From an uncultured Actinomycetes bacterium (GTDB lineage Bacteria; Actinomycetota; Thermoleophilia; Gaiellales; Gaiellaceae): a DNA stretch of 64,000 nt. The stretch is taken from positions 14,694-78,693 of the forward strand of contig CAWIMQ010000003.1 in assembly GCA_963837265.1 (NCBI GenBank). The letters run 5' to 3'. Of the stretch, positions 1-9,669 are shown piece after piece. The stretch's first letter is position 1, and each line of letters begins with the position of its first letter. The position numbers were made by a program, and so were the translations under genes. Below the pieces are notes generated by a model, which was not told the origin of the DNA, made no database searches, and saw nothing but the letters and a program-made list of their open reading frames with translations.

Positions 1-515
1 CGACTGCCCGAACACGTTCCCGGATAGCGGGCGCGGGGAAGAGAACGGACGAGCTCCGGCCACTGGACGTAGAGCCGGTCGGCGACCGGCCTGATCAGCC
101 GGCGGCCCCCCGACGGCTTCTCGATCCGCGTCAGGCTCTCGATGTAGACGACCCTGGCGCCGACCAGCTCCCCGACCCAGGCGAAGGGAACGCGACGGCG
201 GCGCCGGTGGTGACGATGACGCGGGGTCGCAGCCGCCGCGTCAGCGTCCACGCCGAGGTGGAGGTTCCTGACCAGGTTCGGGACGTTCCTCGTGGTCGGG
301 CCACTTGCGTAGTACACGGATCCTCCCCCGCCAGCAGGGCGTGCGCGTCCTCCCATCGAGCGTGACCCAGGCGTGGGACAGCCCTTGCCAAGCCTCCCCG
401 AGCAGGCTCAGCTGGAGCAGGTGACCCCCGAGCAGGGCGGCACGAGCAGAACGTCGACGCGCCAGTCGACGCCGTGCTCGCGTTCTTCCGGGCGCTGGGC
501 GGCGCTCGCACTCAC
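1..515 (-). pseudogene. Alg14/PssD-like glycosyltransferase subunit; runs off the left edge; frame-disrupted as assembled
   Basis: Minus-strand pieces in three frames join into VDVLLV..GGHLLQL..WVTLD..TRNVPNLVRNL..RPRVIVTTGAAVAFP..GARVVYIESLTRIEKPSGGRRLIRPVADRLYVQWPEL. This is the motif order of Alg14-like proteins from exopolysaccharide loci. Candidate GTG start at 515. No stop before position 1. Confidence 0.5.
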
Positions 516-583
516 ACGCGTAGACGGTAGGGCTCGCCCGTCATCCCGGCCACGCCCGAACAGGGAGATGCAGGCTAGCCGAT

Positions 584-654
584 CGGCTAGTCGCCGCGGG
601 AAATGCTGCGCCAACGTCGCGTAGCGGTCCGCCCGCTTTCCCCCCTAGCATCGG
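584..654 (+). promoter_or_regulatory. Conserved upstream module, copy 1 (CGGCTAG-N20-CCAACGTCGCGTAGCG-N17-CTAGCATCGG)
   Basis: Same architecture and spacing as five other copies in the window. It is preceded by the perfect 16-bp palindrome CTAGCCGATCGGCTAG (575-590). TAGCAT (646-651) fits the TANNNT -10 consensus. Confidence 0.55.
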
Positions 655-911
655 CCCGGGAGTGGACGCTCATCCGGCCCCTGTATCATCCGTCGACGAC
701 CTCTCGCGCCAGGGAGTTGCAGGTGCTGCGGCTCGCCGCGGAGGGATCGACGAACAGCACCATCGGCAGGAAGCTCGGCCTGTCCGTTCACGCGGTCAAG
801 TTCCATCTCGCCTCCGTCTACCGCAAGCTCGGCGTCGACAACCGCACGCAGGCGGCGGCCGCGTTCCTGAGCGCGGGGGCTCGACTGGCTCCCCAGAAGG
901 ATGTGAGCTGA
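603..911 (+). CDS. Small LuxR/GerE-family HTH transcription regulator
   Basis: Uninterrupted ORF ending ..RELQVLRLAAEGSTNSTIGRKLGLSVHAVKFHLASVYRKLGVDNRTQAAAAF, a classic LuxR C-terminal HTH. The 5' end is uncertain. ATG 603 lies upstream of the putative -10, and a GTG at 662 in another frame would be the paralogue-like start. Confidence 0.8.
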   Translation: MLRQRRVAVRPLSPLASAREWTLIRPLYHPSTTSRARELQVLRLAAEGSTNSTIGRKLGLSVHAVKFHLASVYRKLGVDNRTQAAAAFLSAGARLAPQKDVS

Positions 912-914
912 GCC

Positions 915-1681
915 ATGGATCTTCGGCTGTACTTCGGGGTCATCTGGCGCTTCCGCTACCTCGTCGACCCTCGGTGTCGCCCTCGCCCTCGCGCTGTCGT
1001 TCCTCTCGATGTTCAAGGTGAGCGGCCGGCAGATCTCGTACCGGCAGAGCGAGACCTGGCAAAACTCCGAGCGGTTGCTTCTCACCCAAACCGGCTGCCC
1101 CTGGTGTCGCACGATCTCCCCGTCTACGCGATCGACCAGGCCACGGGCCAGCCGATCACCAACACGCCGTTCGCCGATCCGAGTCGGTACGCCAGCCTCG
1201 CCGTCTTCTAACGCAAGGCTCGCGAACAGCGACGCCGTTCGCCGAGAGGTGACGAAGAGCGGACCGTTGGGCGGGACGTACATCGCGACGCCCGTCGTCG
1301 ACAGCTCCACCACCTCGAGGGCCGTTCTTCCGTTCTTCGACATCAACGGTTTCTCGACGTCTCCAGAGAGGCGACGCTCATCGTCAAGCGGGTGTCCCAG
1401 GAGTTCGTGGCGTATCTGGTCAGAAGCCAGAAGGCGGCCAAGGTGCCGCCCAAGCAGCGCGTGCTCGTCCAGGTCAGCTCGCAGCCGGGGAAGCCGACGC
1501 TCGCGCAAGGACGGCGGCTGACCGTCCCGATCGTCGTGTTCCTCACCGTGCTGATCGCCACGCTCGGGCTCGCGTTCATCCTCGAGAACCTCCGCCCCCG
1601 CATCCGTCCGATTCCGGCGCCCTCGAACAGGACGACACTGAGCGGGCCGCCGCCGCAGGCGCACAGAACCGCCAGCAGTGA
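915..1681 (+). pseudogene. Wzz-like polysaccharide chain-length determinant; frame-disrupted as assembled
   Basis: N-terminus MDLRLYFGVIWRFRYLV.. (frame of 915). Middle ..ARLANSDAVRREV.. (frame of 1009). C-terminal TM segment ..RRLTVPIVVFLTVLIATLGLAFILENLRPR (frame of 1392). A TGA at 1679-1681 overlaps the next GTG start. Confidence 0.5.
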
Positions 1682-3185
1682 AAGTCATCGTCGGCGAAGG
1701 ACGGCGCGAGCCTTTCGTCGCCTCGATCATCGTCGTCTCGTCGCTGACGCTGCTGACGACGACAGTCGTGCTCGACACGGCGGTGAAGGTCACGGCGCCC
1801 GTCCTCGGCCTCGTCGTGCTGATCGCGGTCGCGCACAAGCAGCTACTGGCCTGGCGCTCGCTGCTCGGGCTCGTGATGATCGCGATCCTGTTCGTCCCGA
1901 TCAAGCGATACACGCTTCCGGGCGGCCTTCCCTTCAACCTCGAGCTGTACCGGCTGCTGGTCGCGATCGCCTTCGTGGGCTGGCTGATGTCGATCCTGGT
2001 CGATCCGCGCGTCCGGATCCGTGCGAGCGGCCTGGAGACGCCGCTGTTCGCCTTCCTCCTGGCCGTCGCTCTCTCGATGATCGCGAACAAGACACGTATC
2101 GACTCGGTCGGGTCGGTCCCGTTCAAGCAGCTCTCGTTCCTGATCAGCTACGTCCTGGTGTTCTACCTCGTCGTCAGCGTCGCCCGCCGCCCTCGCGACC
2201 TCGACTTCCTCGTGCGGATCCTCACCGGCGGCGGGGCCGTGCTCGCGGCATTCGCAATCCTCGAGTCGGGCACGGGCTACAACATCTTCAACCACATGCA
2301 TGCGGCGGTGCCGTTCATGCGCTTTCACGCCGCCAGATCTCGCCCTGCACCGCGGCGGACGGTTACGCGTCTACGCCTCCGCGCAACACCCGATCGCGCT
2401 CGGCGCGACCTTCGCGCTCCTGATTCCGCTCGGGTGTCTACTGCGCCCGGACGCTGGGCCGGCGCCGGTGGTGGGTGGCCGTCGGCCTCCTGGTCCTGGG
2501 GATGCTCGCGACGAGGTCACGGACTGCGATCCTGATGAGCGCGGCCGCGCTGCTCGTCTATCTCCTGACCCGGTCGGTGGAGGTCAAGCGCCTGTGGCCG
2601 GCGATCGTCCCAGCCCTCATCGTCATCCACTTCGCCTTGCCGGGAACGATCGGGTCCCTCAGGCAGTCCTTCTTTCCCAAGGGCGGGCTAGTCGCCCAGC
2701 AGCAGAACGCGAACGTGGGCAGCGGCCGGCTCGCCACCCTCGGCCCGGCGCTCGACACCGAGTTCAAGGGCAACCCGATCCTGGGCGAGGGCTTCGGAAC
2801 CCGGATCACGGGCCGACCGGAGCCGGGCCTGCCACCGCCGAACGGGCCGATCCTCGACGACGAATGGCTGGGCGTGCTGCTCGAGACAGGGGTCGTCGGT
2901 GCGATCACGCTGTTCTCGCTGTTCGTGGCCGCGATGCGGCGGATGGGGAAAGCGGCGAAGGCCGACTCCTCCCCGCGAGGCTGGCTGCTCGCGGGCACGG
3001 CCGCAGCCGTCGCCGCCTACGCCGCCGGGATGTTCACCTACGACGCCTTCTCCTTCATCCAGGTGACGTTCCTGTCCTACCTCGTGCTCGGGATCGGCGC
3101 CGCCGCCCTCCTCTCGCCCCGCGAGGAGTGGGAGCGCTTCGAGCGCAATGCCCGCGAGCGGGCGCTCGCCCAAGCGTCAGGCTGA
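1678..3185 (+). pseudogene. O-antigen ligase/polymerase (Wzy_C-type) multi-pass membrane protein; two frame changes (~2325, ~2440)
   Basis: Hydrophobic multi-TM ORFs 1678..2535 and 2475..3185 are bridged by ..RVYASAQHPIALGATFALLIPLG.. in the third frame. The ..LGMLATRSRTAILM.. and ..NPILGEGFG.. segments are typical of the O-antigen ligase family. Confidence 0.7.
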
Positions 3186-4069
3186 GACGCGCTCGTTACG
3201 CCGGCCGAGCGCCTCGGCCGCCCGCAACGGAATCTCGCGTAACCGCTGCTGCCGGCGCAGCGCCGCTCGTGCGGTCGCGTCCGGGCAGCGCGCCTCACGC
3301 CGGAGGGCCGCCTGCGCCCAGCCGGCGATCATGCCGACCGCCAGCGGATCCTCGCGAACCCGGTGTAGCGACCGAAGAACGAGGAAGGCGGGTCGATAAC
3401 CCATGTAGTGAGCGGCCCGGCCGCGCGCCGTCCAGGCGCGCCAGCGGCCGTCGCGCGCGCCCTCGCGCCGGTGGTGGCGAAATCCGAGATCCGTGAACGT
3501 GGCCGTCCGCCAGCCCCGTGCCGTCGCCTTGAAGGCGTCGATCCCGTCCCAGCCCATCCGCTCCTCGAGCGGCGAGACCGCCTCGAGGCATTCGGCTCGG
3601 TAGGCCCGGCAGGCTCCCCAGACGTGATCGCCGGTGACGTGGCGCGGGCGCCATTCGCCGCCCTCCTCCTCGAGGCAGGTTCCGCTCGCTATGCCGAGGC
3701 TCGGGTCGGCGGCGAAACGGCGCAGGAGCTCCTCGAAGTAGCCGGGGTCCAAGGAGATGTCGGCGTCGGCCTTGACGATCACCTCGGCGGGGTCGCGAAG
3801 AGCTGCGACGCCGGCCTGGAACGCGCGCACGATCGGGCCGCCGCGGGCGTGGGCCTCCGCGAGCGCGCGAGCACCGATATCCAGCCGTGCTCGCCCGCCA
3901 GCCCGGCAGCCGTCCCGACCGTACCGTCGTCGAGCCCGTCTCGACGATCACCCAGGCCGCGGGCGGTACCGCCTGCGCCGCGCAGGCTCTCCGCCAGGCG
4001 CACGAGGTTCTCCGCCTCGTTTCTGACCGGCGTCACGACGGCGTACGAGAGGCCGCGCCCGGTCACCAT
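3177..4069 (-). pseudogene. Family 2 glycosyltransferase; frame-disrupted as assembled
   Basis: ATG at 4069 gives MVTGRGLSYAVVTPVRNEAENLVRLAESL. This continues as ..WVIVETGSTDGTV.. and then into ORF 3177..3830 (..VKADADISLDPGYFEELLRRFAADPSLGIASG..). The layout is GT-A/GT2 (DxD region present). Confidence 0.7.
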
Positions 4070-5992
4070 CCGAGCGTCACCGGAGCGGCCGGCTCGGCCG
4101 GCGCGCGAACGCGCACGGGGCAGATAGGTGGAGAGCCAGATCTCGAGCATCAGGATCGCGAGCAGGAGGTGGCGCTCGGGCGTCTCGGCACGCACCGCCT
4201 GGCGCTCGACGAGACGCCGCAGTGCACCCTGGTCGATGATCTCGGCCGAGCGGGCGTCGGGCCGCAGGAGGTACTCGCGAGATCGAGCGCTCGGCCTGCG
4301 CCTGGAACCAGCCGCCGACCGAGCCGCGGAAGAAGCCGACCTTCCGCTTGCCGATCGCACGGTCCGGGAACGACGCCCCGCGCCGCCTGCCTGAGGATGT
4401 GCTTCGTGGTCAGCCGCCGTCACCTTGAGGTCCCCGGGCACGGTGGCGCAAAGCTCGACGAGCTCGTGGTCGAGGAATGGAACGCGCACCTCGAGCGAGT
4501 GGGCCATCGACGCCCGGTCGAAGTAGTGGAGCATGTCGTCGACCAGAGCGAGCTGGCCGTCGATGTGGAGCGTGGCCGTCAGTGGATCGTCCGGGACTCC
4601 GTCGAGCCGGCGGAGCACGCGCGCCGGGCCGCCCCGCCGTCGAGCTGCGCCAGCGGGCCGCGCAGCAGCGTCCCGCGCAGGTCGTCCTCCACCTTGCCGC
4701 TCATCGCGAGCAGGCGCTCGGCGGCGTCGGGCGCAGCCAGCGTCCGCGCCGCGCGCCGGAGGCGACGGGGAGCATGCGGGGCCAGCCTGTCTCCGACCGT
4801 CCGGATCGGGCCCGGCAGGTTCCGCCATGCCCCGGCGAGCGCAGCCGCCCGGTGCTTCGTGTAGCCGCCGAAGAGCTCGTCTGCGCCCTGGCCCGAGAGC
4901 GCCACGGTGACGTGCCGCGAGGCCAGCTCGGACAGCGCGAGGAAGCCGAGGGCAGACAGATCGGCGAGAGGCTCGTCGAGGTGCCAGACGAGCTCCTCGA
5001 GGTCGACAGTGTCGTTCGCGAAGGACAGCTCGAGCTCGTGGTGGTCGGTGCCGAAGAACTCGGCCACGTGGCGAGCGTCTTCCAGCTCGTTCTCCGCGCC
5101 GGCCTCGGCGAAGCCGACCGAGAACGTCTTCACGGGCTCGCTCATGTGCCTGGCCATCAGCGCCACGATCAGGCTCGAGTCGATCCCGCCGCTCAACATC
5201 GCGCCGAGCGGGACGTCGCTCATCAGCCGCAGGCGCACCGACTCGTCGAGCTTGTCGAGGCAGCTCCCGGTACTCGCTCTCGTCCCGGCGCACGGCAACC
5301 ACCGGCGCCGGGTAGCTGCCAGTAGCGCTCGAGGCGCACCGAGCCGTCCTCGACGACGAGAACGTGGCCCGGCATCAGCTTCGAGACGCCGGCGAGCGGG
5401 GTCATCGGCGCCGGGCACGAAGCCGAACGTCAGGTAGGCGTCGATCGCCTCGTAGTCGAGCTCCGGCTCGACGAGGCCGCTCGCGAGCAGGCTCTTCAGC
5501 TCGGACGCGAAGACGAGCAGGTCGCTGGAGCGGGCGTGGTACAGCGGTTTGATCCCGAGCCGGTCGCGGGCGAGGACGGCACGCCGCCGTCGCGCTCGTC
5601 CCACACCGCCACTCCGAACATCCCCCGCAGCCGGGCGGGAACCCCGGCCCGTGCTGCTCGTAGAGGTGCGGCAGCACCTCCGTGTCGCATCTGCTCGGGA
5701 AGGCGTGGCCGTCGCGCTCGAGCGCCGCATCGGACCTCGAGGTGGTTGTACAGCTCTCCGTTCTGGATCGCCCAGACGTCGCCGCCCTCGTTGGACACGG
5801 GCTGGTGCCCACCCTCGACGTCGACGATGCTCAGCCGGCGGACGCCGAGCGCGACGCCGTCCTCGAGGTACAGGCCGCGATCGTCGGGCCCCCGGTGCGT
5901 CATCACGTCGGTCATGACGCCCCAGCGCCGTCTCGGAGAGACACGGGGCGCGGGCGCCCGTCGACCTGGACGACTCCACAGATTCCGCACAT
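4063..5992 (-). pseudogene. asnB: Asparagine synthase (glutamine-hydrolysing) family amidotransferase; several frame changes
   Basis: Start ATGTGCGGAATCTGTGGA = MCGICG at 5992. GATase-2 pieces: ..MTHRGPDDRGLY..LSIVD..GHQP... Synthetase pieces: ..LSGGIDSSLIVALM.. and ..DRASMAHSLEVRVPFLDHELVE... A TGA in the +1 frame overlaps the downstream ATG (4063-4069). Confidence 0.8.
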
Positions 5993-5998
5993 CGCCGT

Positions 5999-6950
5999 TC
6001 AGACGCTAGTGGCCGGCGCCCTGGGTTCTCGATGATCGTAGGCACAGACTCGACGCCTAGCCGGAGCGGCTAGATGAGAGAACGCCGCACGAAACGCCCG
6101 CAGGTATCCGGCGCGCGCGGCAGCCCCCTTCGAGGTCAAGGCCGCGTGCGTCAGCGAGCCGAGCGCGATGCCCAGACGCTCGCCCAAGACGGCCGGCCGA
6201 GTTGCATGCTTTCGCGCGTAGCGCACCCGGCTGCGGGCGAGCACCGGCAGCAGGCCCGCCCGGGGCGCCGACCCGCCGCCGACGTGCACGCACGACGGCG
6301 ACCGGGCTCGTAACGAACCTCGTATCCGAGCGACCACAGGCGCCGGCAGATGTCCTTGTCCTCGCTGTAGAGGAAGAAGCCCTCGTCCCAGCCGCCGAGA
6401 CGCTCGAGCGCCTCTCGCCGCACGAGCATGCATGCGCCCGAGATCCACTCCGACCGGATGCGCGCGCTCGTACGCCGCCGGGTCGCGAACGACCTCGTCG
6501 GTCAGCCCGCGCCGGGGGAAGAGCCGGTGGAGGAACAGAGCCTGCGCGTACGTCGAGCGGAGCCGAGGGAACCGGCGCTGCGAAAAGTCGAGCGAGCCGC
6601 TCTCGTCCACGAGCCGAGGGGCGACGAGCGCCGATCGAGGGCTGCGACTCGAGGACGTCCACGAGCCGTCGCGCCGACTGCGGCGTCGAGCCGAGCGTCG
6701 GGGTTCAGGAACAGCACGTACGGCGCGGAGCCCTTCTTCCAGCCGCGGTTGCAGCCGTAGGCGAACCCGCGATTCTCCTCGAGGGGATCAAGGTCGCGTC
6801 GCAGGTCGGAGACGGTCTCGACGCTCCCGTCCTGCGAGTCGTTGTCCACTACGACAACATGCACCGACCCGTCGCGAGAGAGGGCTCGATGCAGCCCCGG
6901 AGCGTGTCCGCGCTGTTGTACGAGACGACGACCACGTCGAGGCTCGACAT
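5999..6950 (-). pseudogene. Family 2 glycosyltransferase (rhamnosyltransferase-like); frame-disrupted as assembled
   Basis: MSSLDVVVVSYNSADTLRGCIE (start 6950), then ..VVVVDNDSQDGSVE..ENRGFAYGCNRG..VLFLNPDA.., then ..MLVRREALERLGGWDEGFFLYSEDKDICRRLWSLGYEVRYEP... The pieces lie in successive frames. Confidence 0.7.
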
Positions 6951-7213
6951 CGCTCGACCGTACCACGCAGCCGGTGCGATTCGGAGGTGCGACTCCCGCC
7001 GGGGCAAGTCGAGGTGGTGAGGTGTTGAGGTGGCATCCCGGGCTCCCTTCCGCGCGCTCGCGTCAGACTCCTCAGGTGTGCTCATGGGAATTCCCCAGGT
7101 CCGGGCTTCTGGTTTCGCCGCCCTGCTTAGTAGCTGAGCCGTAGGCGAAGCGGAGAAGCGGGGCGGCGGTCCGCCGTCCGGGGCCCTTTGCAGCGTCGCG
7201 TTCGAACGTCGAC

Positions 7214-8503
7214 GTGGAGGAGGGCCGGGGCTTGTTGTCGCGGGAGGATGTGGTGGAGATCGTGGCGTTGCGCAGGCGGGGCTGGTCGGTGAGCGCGATC
7301 GCGCGCCATACCGGTCGTGATCGCAAGACGATTCGGGCCTGGCTCGCCGCAGGCGAGCAGCGGCGGCGGCCGCGAGCGCCGAGCGTGCTCGAGCCCTACC
7401 GCGCCTATCTCGAGCGGCGCCTCGGCGACGATCCGCACCTGGACGCGACGGTGTTGCTGCGCGAGCTGCGCCTGCTCGGCTTCGAGCGTTCCTACCAGAC
7501 GTTGACGCGGGAGCTGCGCCGGCTTGAGCTGCGCCCGGAGTGCCCGGTTTGCAAGCGCGGCGGCCACCAGCTCACGATCGAGCTTCAGCATGAGCCGGGC
7601 GAGGAGCTGCAGCTCGACTGGCTGGAGCTCGCTGAGACGCCGTGGGGCGAGCCGGCGTACGTGCTCGTCGGGGCGCTCTCGCACTCCGGCCGAATCCGTG
7701 CGGTGATCGGCGAGGGGATGGACTTCGCGCGGCTCGTGGGCGCACTGGATGGGGTGCTGCGCCGGCTCGGCGGCACGACGCGCTGCTGGCGGACGGATCG
7801 GATGGCGACGATCGTCGAGCCGGGCAGCGGCAGGCTGCGCGCGGAGGCGGCCGAGCTGGCCAAGCACTACGGCGTCACCGTGAGCGTCTGCCCGCGCTAC
7901 CGGCCGCAGCGCAAGGGGGTGGTCGAGGCGGCGATCCGCTACCTCGGCCGCTCCTGGTGGCGCACCGCCCGCGCCGCCGATCCGGCGGAGGCGCAGCGCT
8001 CGCTCGACCGCTGGTGCCTCGAGGTCGCCGACCGGCGCCGCCGCGGCCCGCTCACCGTCGCCGAGAAAGCGGCGGCGGAGCCGCTTCTGCCGCTACCGGC
8101 GACCCCGTATCCGGCCGAGCTGTGCGTCGAGCGGGTCGTCGGCTCGAGCGCCCTGGTCGCGTTCGAGGGCAACCGCTACAGCGTCCCGCCCGCCCTGGCC
8201 GGCCAGACGGTGACGGTCCGCGTCCGGGTCGGCGAGCCGGCCGTGCAGCTCGTCTCCGCCGCCGGTGTCCTGGTCGCGACCCATCGCCGAGCGCCCGCCG
8301 GCGCCGGCCAGCTCGTGCGTCTCCCCGTACACCAGGCCGCGTTGGAGCGGGCGGTGCTCGCCGCCTTCACGACCCAGCCGCGCTGCGCGCGCAAGCCGAA
8401 CCGGCCACCGAGCGCCGAGGCGCTCGCCCTCGCCGGCGCTACCGCGGTCGAGGTCGAGATCCCCTCGCTCGCCGACTACGCCGCCCTGGCCGCCGCCTCG
8501 TGA
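7214..8503 (+). CDS. istA: IS21-family transposase IstA
   Basis: Uninterrupted 429-aa ORF. It has an N-terminal HTH (..VEIVALRRRGWSVSAIARHTGRDRKTIRAW..) and an integrase-type core (..LQLDW..GALSHSGR..RTDRMAT..PQRKGVVE..). Confidence 0.9.
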   Translation: MEEGRGLLSREDVVEIVALRRRGWSVSAIARHTGRDRKTIRAWLAAGEQRRRPRAPSVLEPYRAYLERRLGDDPHLDATVLLRELRLLGFERSYQTLTRELRRLELRPECPVCKRGGHQLTIELQHEPGEELQLDWLELAETPWGEPAYVLVGALSHSGRIRAVIGEGMDFARLVGALDGVLRRLGGTTRCWRTDRMATIVEPGSGRLRAEAAELAKHYGVTVSVCPRYRPQRKGVVEAAIRYLGRSWWRTARAADPAEAQRSLDRWCLEVADRRRRGPLTVAEKAAAEPLLPLPATPYPAELCVERVVGSSALVAFEGNRYSVPPALAGQTVTVRVRVGEPAVQLVSAAGVLVATHRRAPAGAGQLVRLPVHQAALERAVLAAFTTQPRCARKPNRPPSAEALALAGATAVEVEIPSLADYAALAAAS

Positions 8504-9297
8504 AAGAGCAGAGCGTCTACCAGCAGCTGCGCTCGCATCTCGCCTACCTGCGCCTGAGCGCCGCCGCCGAGCAGCTCGCCGTGGCGTTGGAGGACGCGGA
8601 CAAGCGCAAGCCCTCCTACACCCGCTTCCTGGAGCGGCTGCTGGCGGTCGAGGTCGAGGCGACCGAGCGCAGAGCGCTCGAGGGCAGGCTGCGCTTCGCC
8701 AGCTTCCCCACCCCCAAAACGCTCGCCGACATCGACTACGACGCCCAACCCGCGCTCGACCGCAAGCTCGTCGACGAGCTCGCCACCCTCCGCTTCGTCG
8801 AAGAGCACGGCAACGTGCTGCTGATCGGGCCGCCCGGCGTCGGCAAGACGATGCTCGCCGTCGCCCTCGGCCGGCACGCCGCCGAGGCCGGTCACCGCGT
8901 CTACTACACCACCGCCGCCGACCTCGTCGCCAAGACCCAGCGCGCCGCGCTCGAGGGCCGCTGGCAAACGACGATGCGCTTCTGGAACGGGCCTGCCCTG
9001 CTGATCATCGACGAGCTCGGCTACCTCCCCCTGCCGGCGGAGGCCGCGAGCCACCTCTTCCAGGTCGTCTCCCGCCGCTACGAGCACGGCTCGATCATCC
9101 TCGCCACCAACCGCGGCATCGCCAACTGGGGCGAGATCTTCGACGACACCACCGTCGCCGCCGCCATCCTCGACCGGCTCCTCCACCACGGCACCGTACT
9201 CACGATCAACGGGCCCAGCTACCGGATGCGCCGCCACCACGACCGCGTCGAACAACCACGCGCCGGCCTCCAAGCCGCCGAACCGGCCAGGCACTGA
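8500..9297 (+). CDS. istB: IS21-family helper ATPase IstB
   Basis: The GTG at 8500 overlaps the istA stop. Walker A LLIGPPGVGKTMLA, Walker B LLIIDELGY and ..ILATNRGIANWGEIF.. are present. The longer ORF 7642..9297 is an upstream extension inside istA. Confidence 0.9.
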   Translation: MKEQSVYQQLRSHLAYLRLSAAAEQLAVALEDADKRKPSYTRFLERLLAVEVEATERRALEGRLRFASFPTPKTLADIDYDAQPALDRKLVDELATLRFVEEHGNVLLIGPPGVGKTMLAVALGRHAAEAGHRVYYTTAADLVAKTQRAALEGRWQTTMRFWNGPALLIIDELGYLPLPAEAASHLFQVVSRRYEHGSIILATNRGIANWGEIFDDTTVAAAILDRLLHHGTVLTINGPSYRMRRHHDRVEQPRAGLQAAEPARH

Positions 9298-9669
9298 GTC
9301 GCGCCCGACGCTCGCAGGGCGCGAGAACGCCTCTCAACGCGCCGAAGCCGAGCGGTCGGGGTCAGAAACAGCCGAATCGGCCCGATCGGAGCCGCCCTCC
9401 ACCACCACCAGCCGGTCACCCCCGGCCATGAGCGGCCCTCTCACAGCGCCCCTACCGGGGTGGGGAATTCCCGTGAGCACATCTGGGGAACTCTGGCGAG
9501 CCTTGACACTCCTTTCCGCCTGCCGAAGTTTGAGATCGGCACGTCGGGGGAAGGGCGCGCATACGGCGACGCTCGGATGTCTCCCCTCCGCACCGAGCAA
9601 CCGAGGATTCACCGTGCGTGTCGTCCGTACCGGCGCATAGACGACACACGAATAACAGGACGGTGAGAC

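Larger units (their letters stand above)
7073..9485 (+). mobile_element. IS21-family insertion sequence, apparently intact
   Basis: Terminal inverted repeats: left CAGGTGTGCTCATGGGAATTCCCCA (7073-7097). The right end, reverse-complemented, reads CAGATGTGCTCACGGGAATTCCCCA (9485-9461). There are 2 mismatches in 25. The element encloses overlapping istA/istB (GTGA overlap at 8500-8503). No clear target-site duplication was found. Confidence 0.85.

Noticed and set aside
7060-7076. Target-site duplication for the IS21 element
   Set aside because: The bases flanking either candidate boundary pair (7073/9485 or 7077/9481) do not repeat (..GACTCCT / GGGAACT.., ..CTCAGG / TCTGGG..). No duplication can be claimed from this sequence.
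7642-8499. N-terminal 286-aa extension of the istB ORF (ORF 7642..9297)
   Set aside because: It lies in an alternative frame inside istA and is Arg/Pro-rich. The IstB homology begins at the GTG at 8500, which overlaps the istA stop as in other IS21 elements.
9618-9669. ATG-less start of ORF 9618..11249 as the start of the beta-helix protein
   Set aside because: The ATG at 9670, in the neighbouring frame, encodes a convincing signal peptide and the first strand of the FN3-like domain. A single frame change near 9817 joins it to the long ORF.
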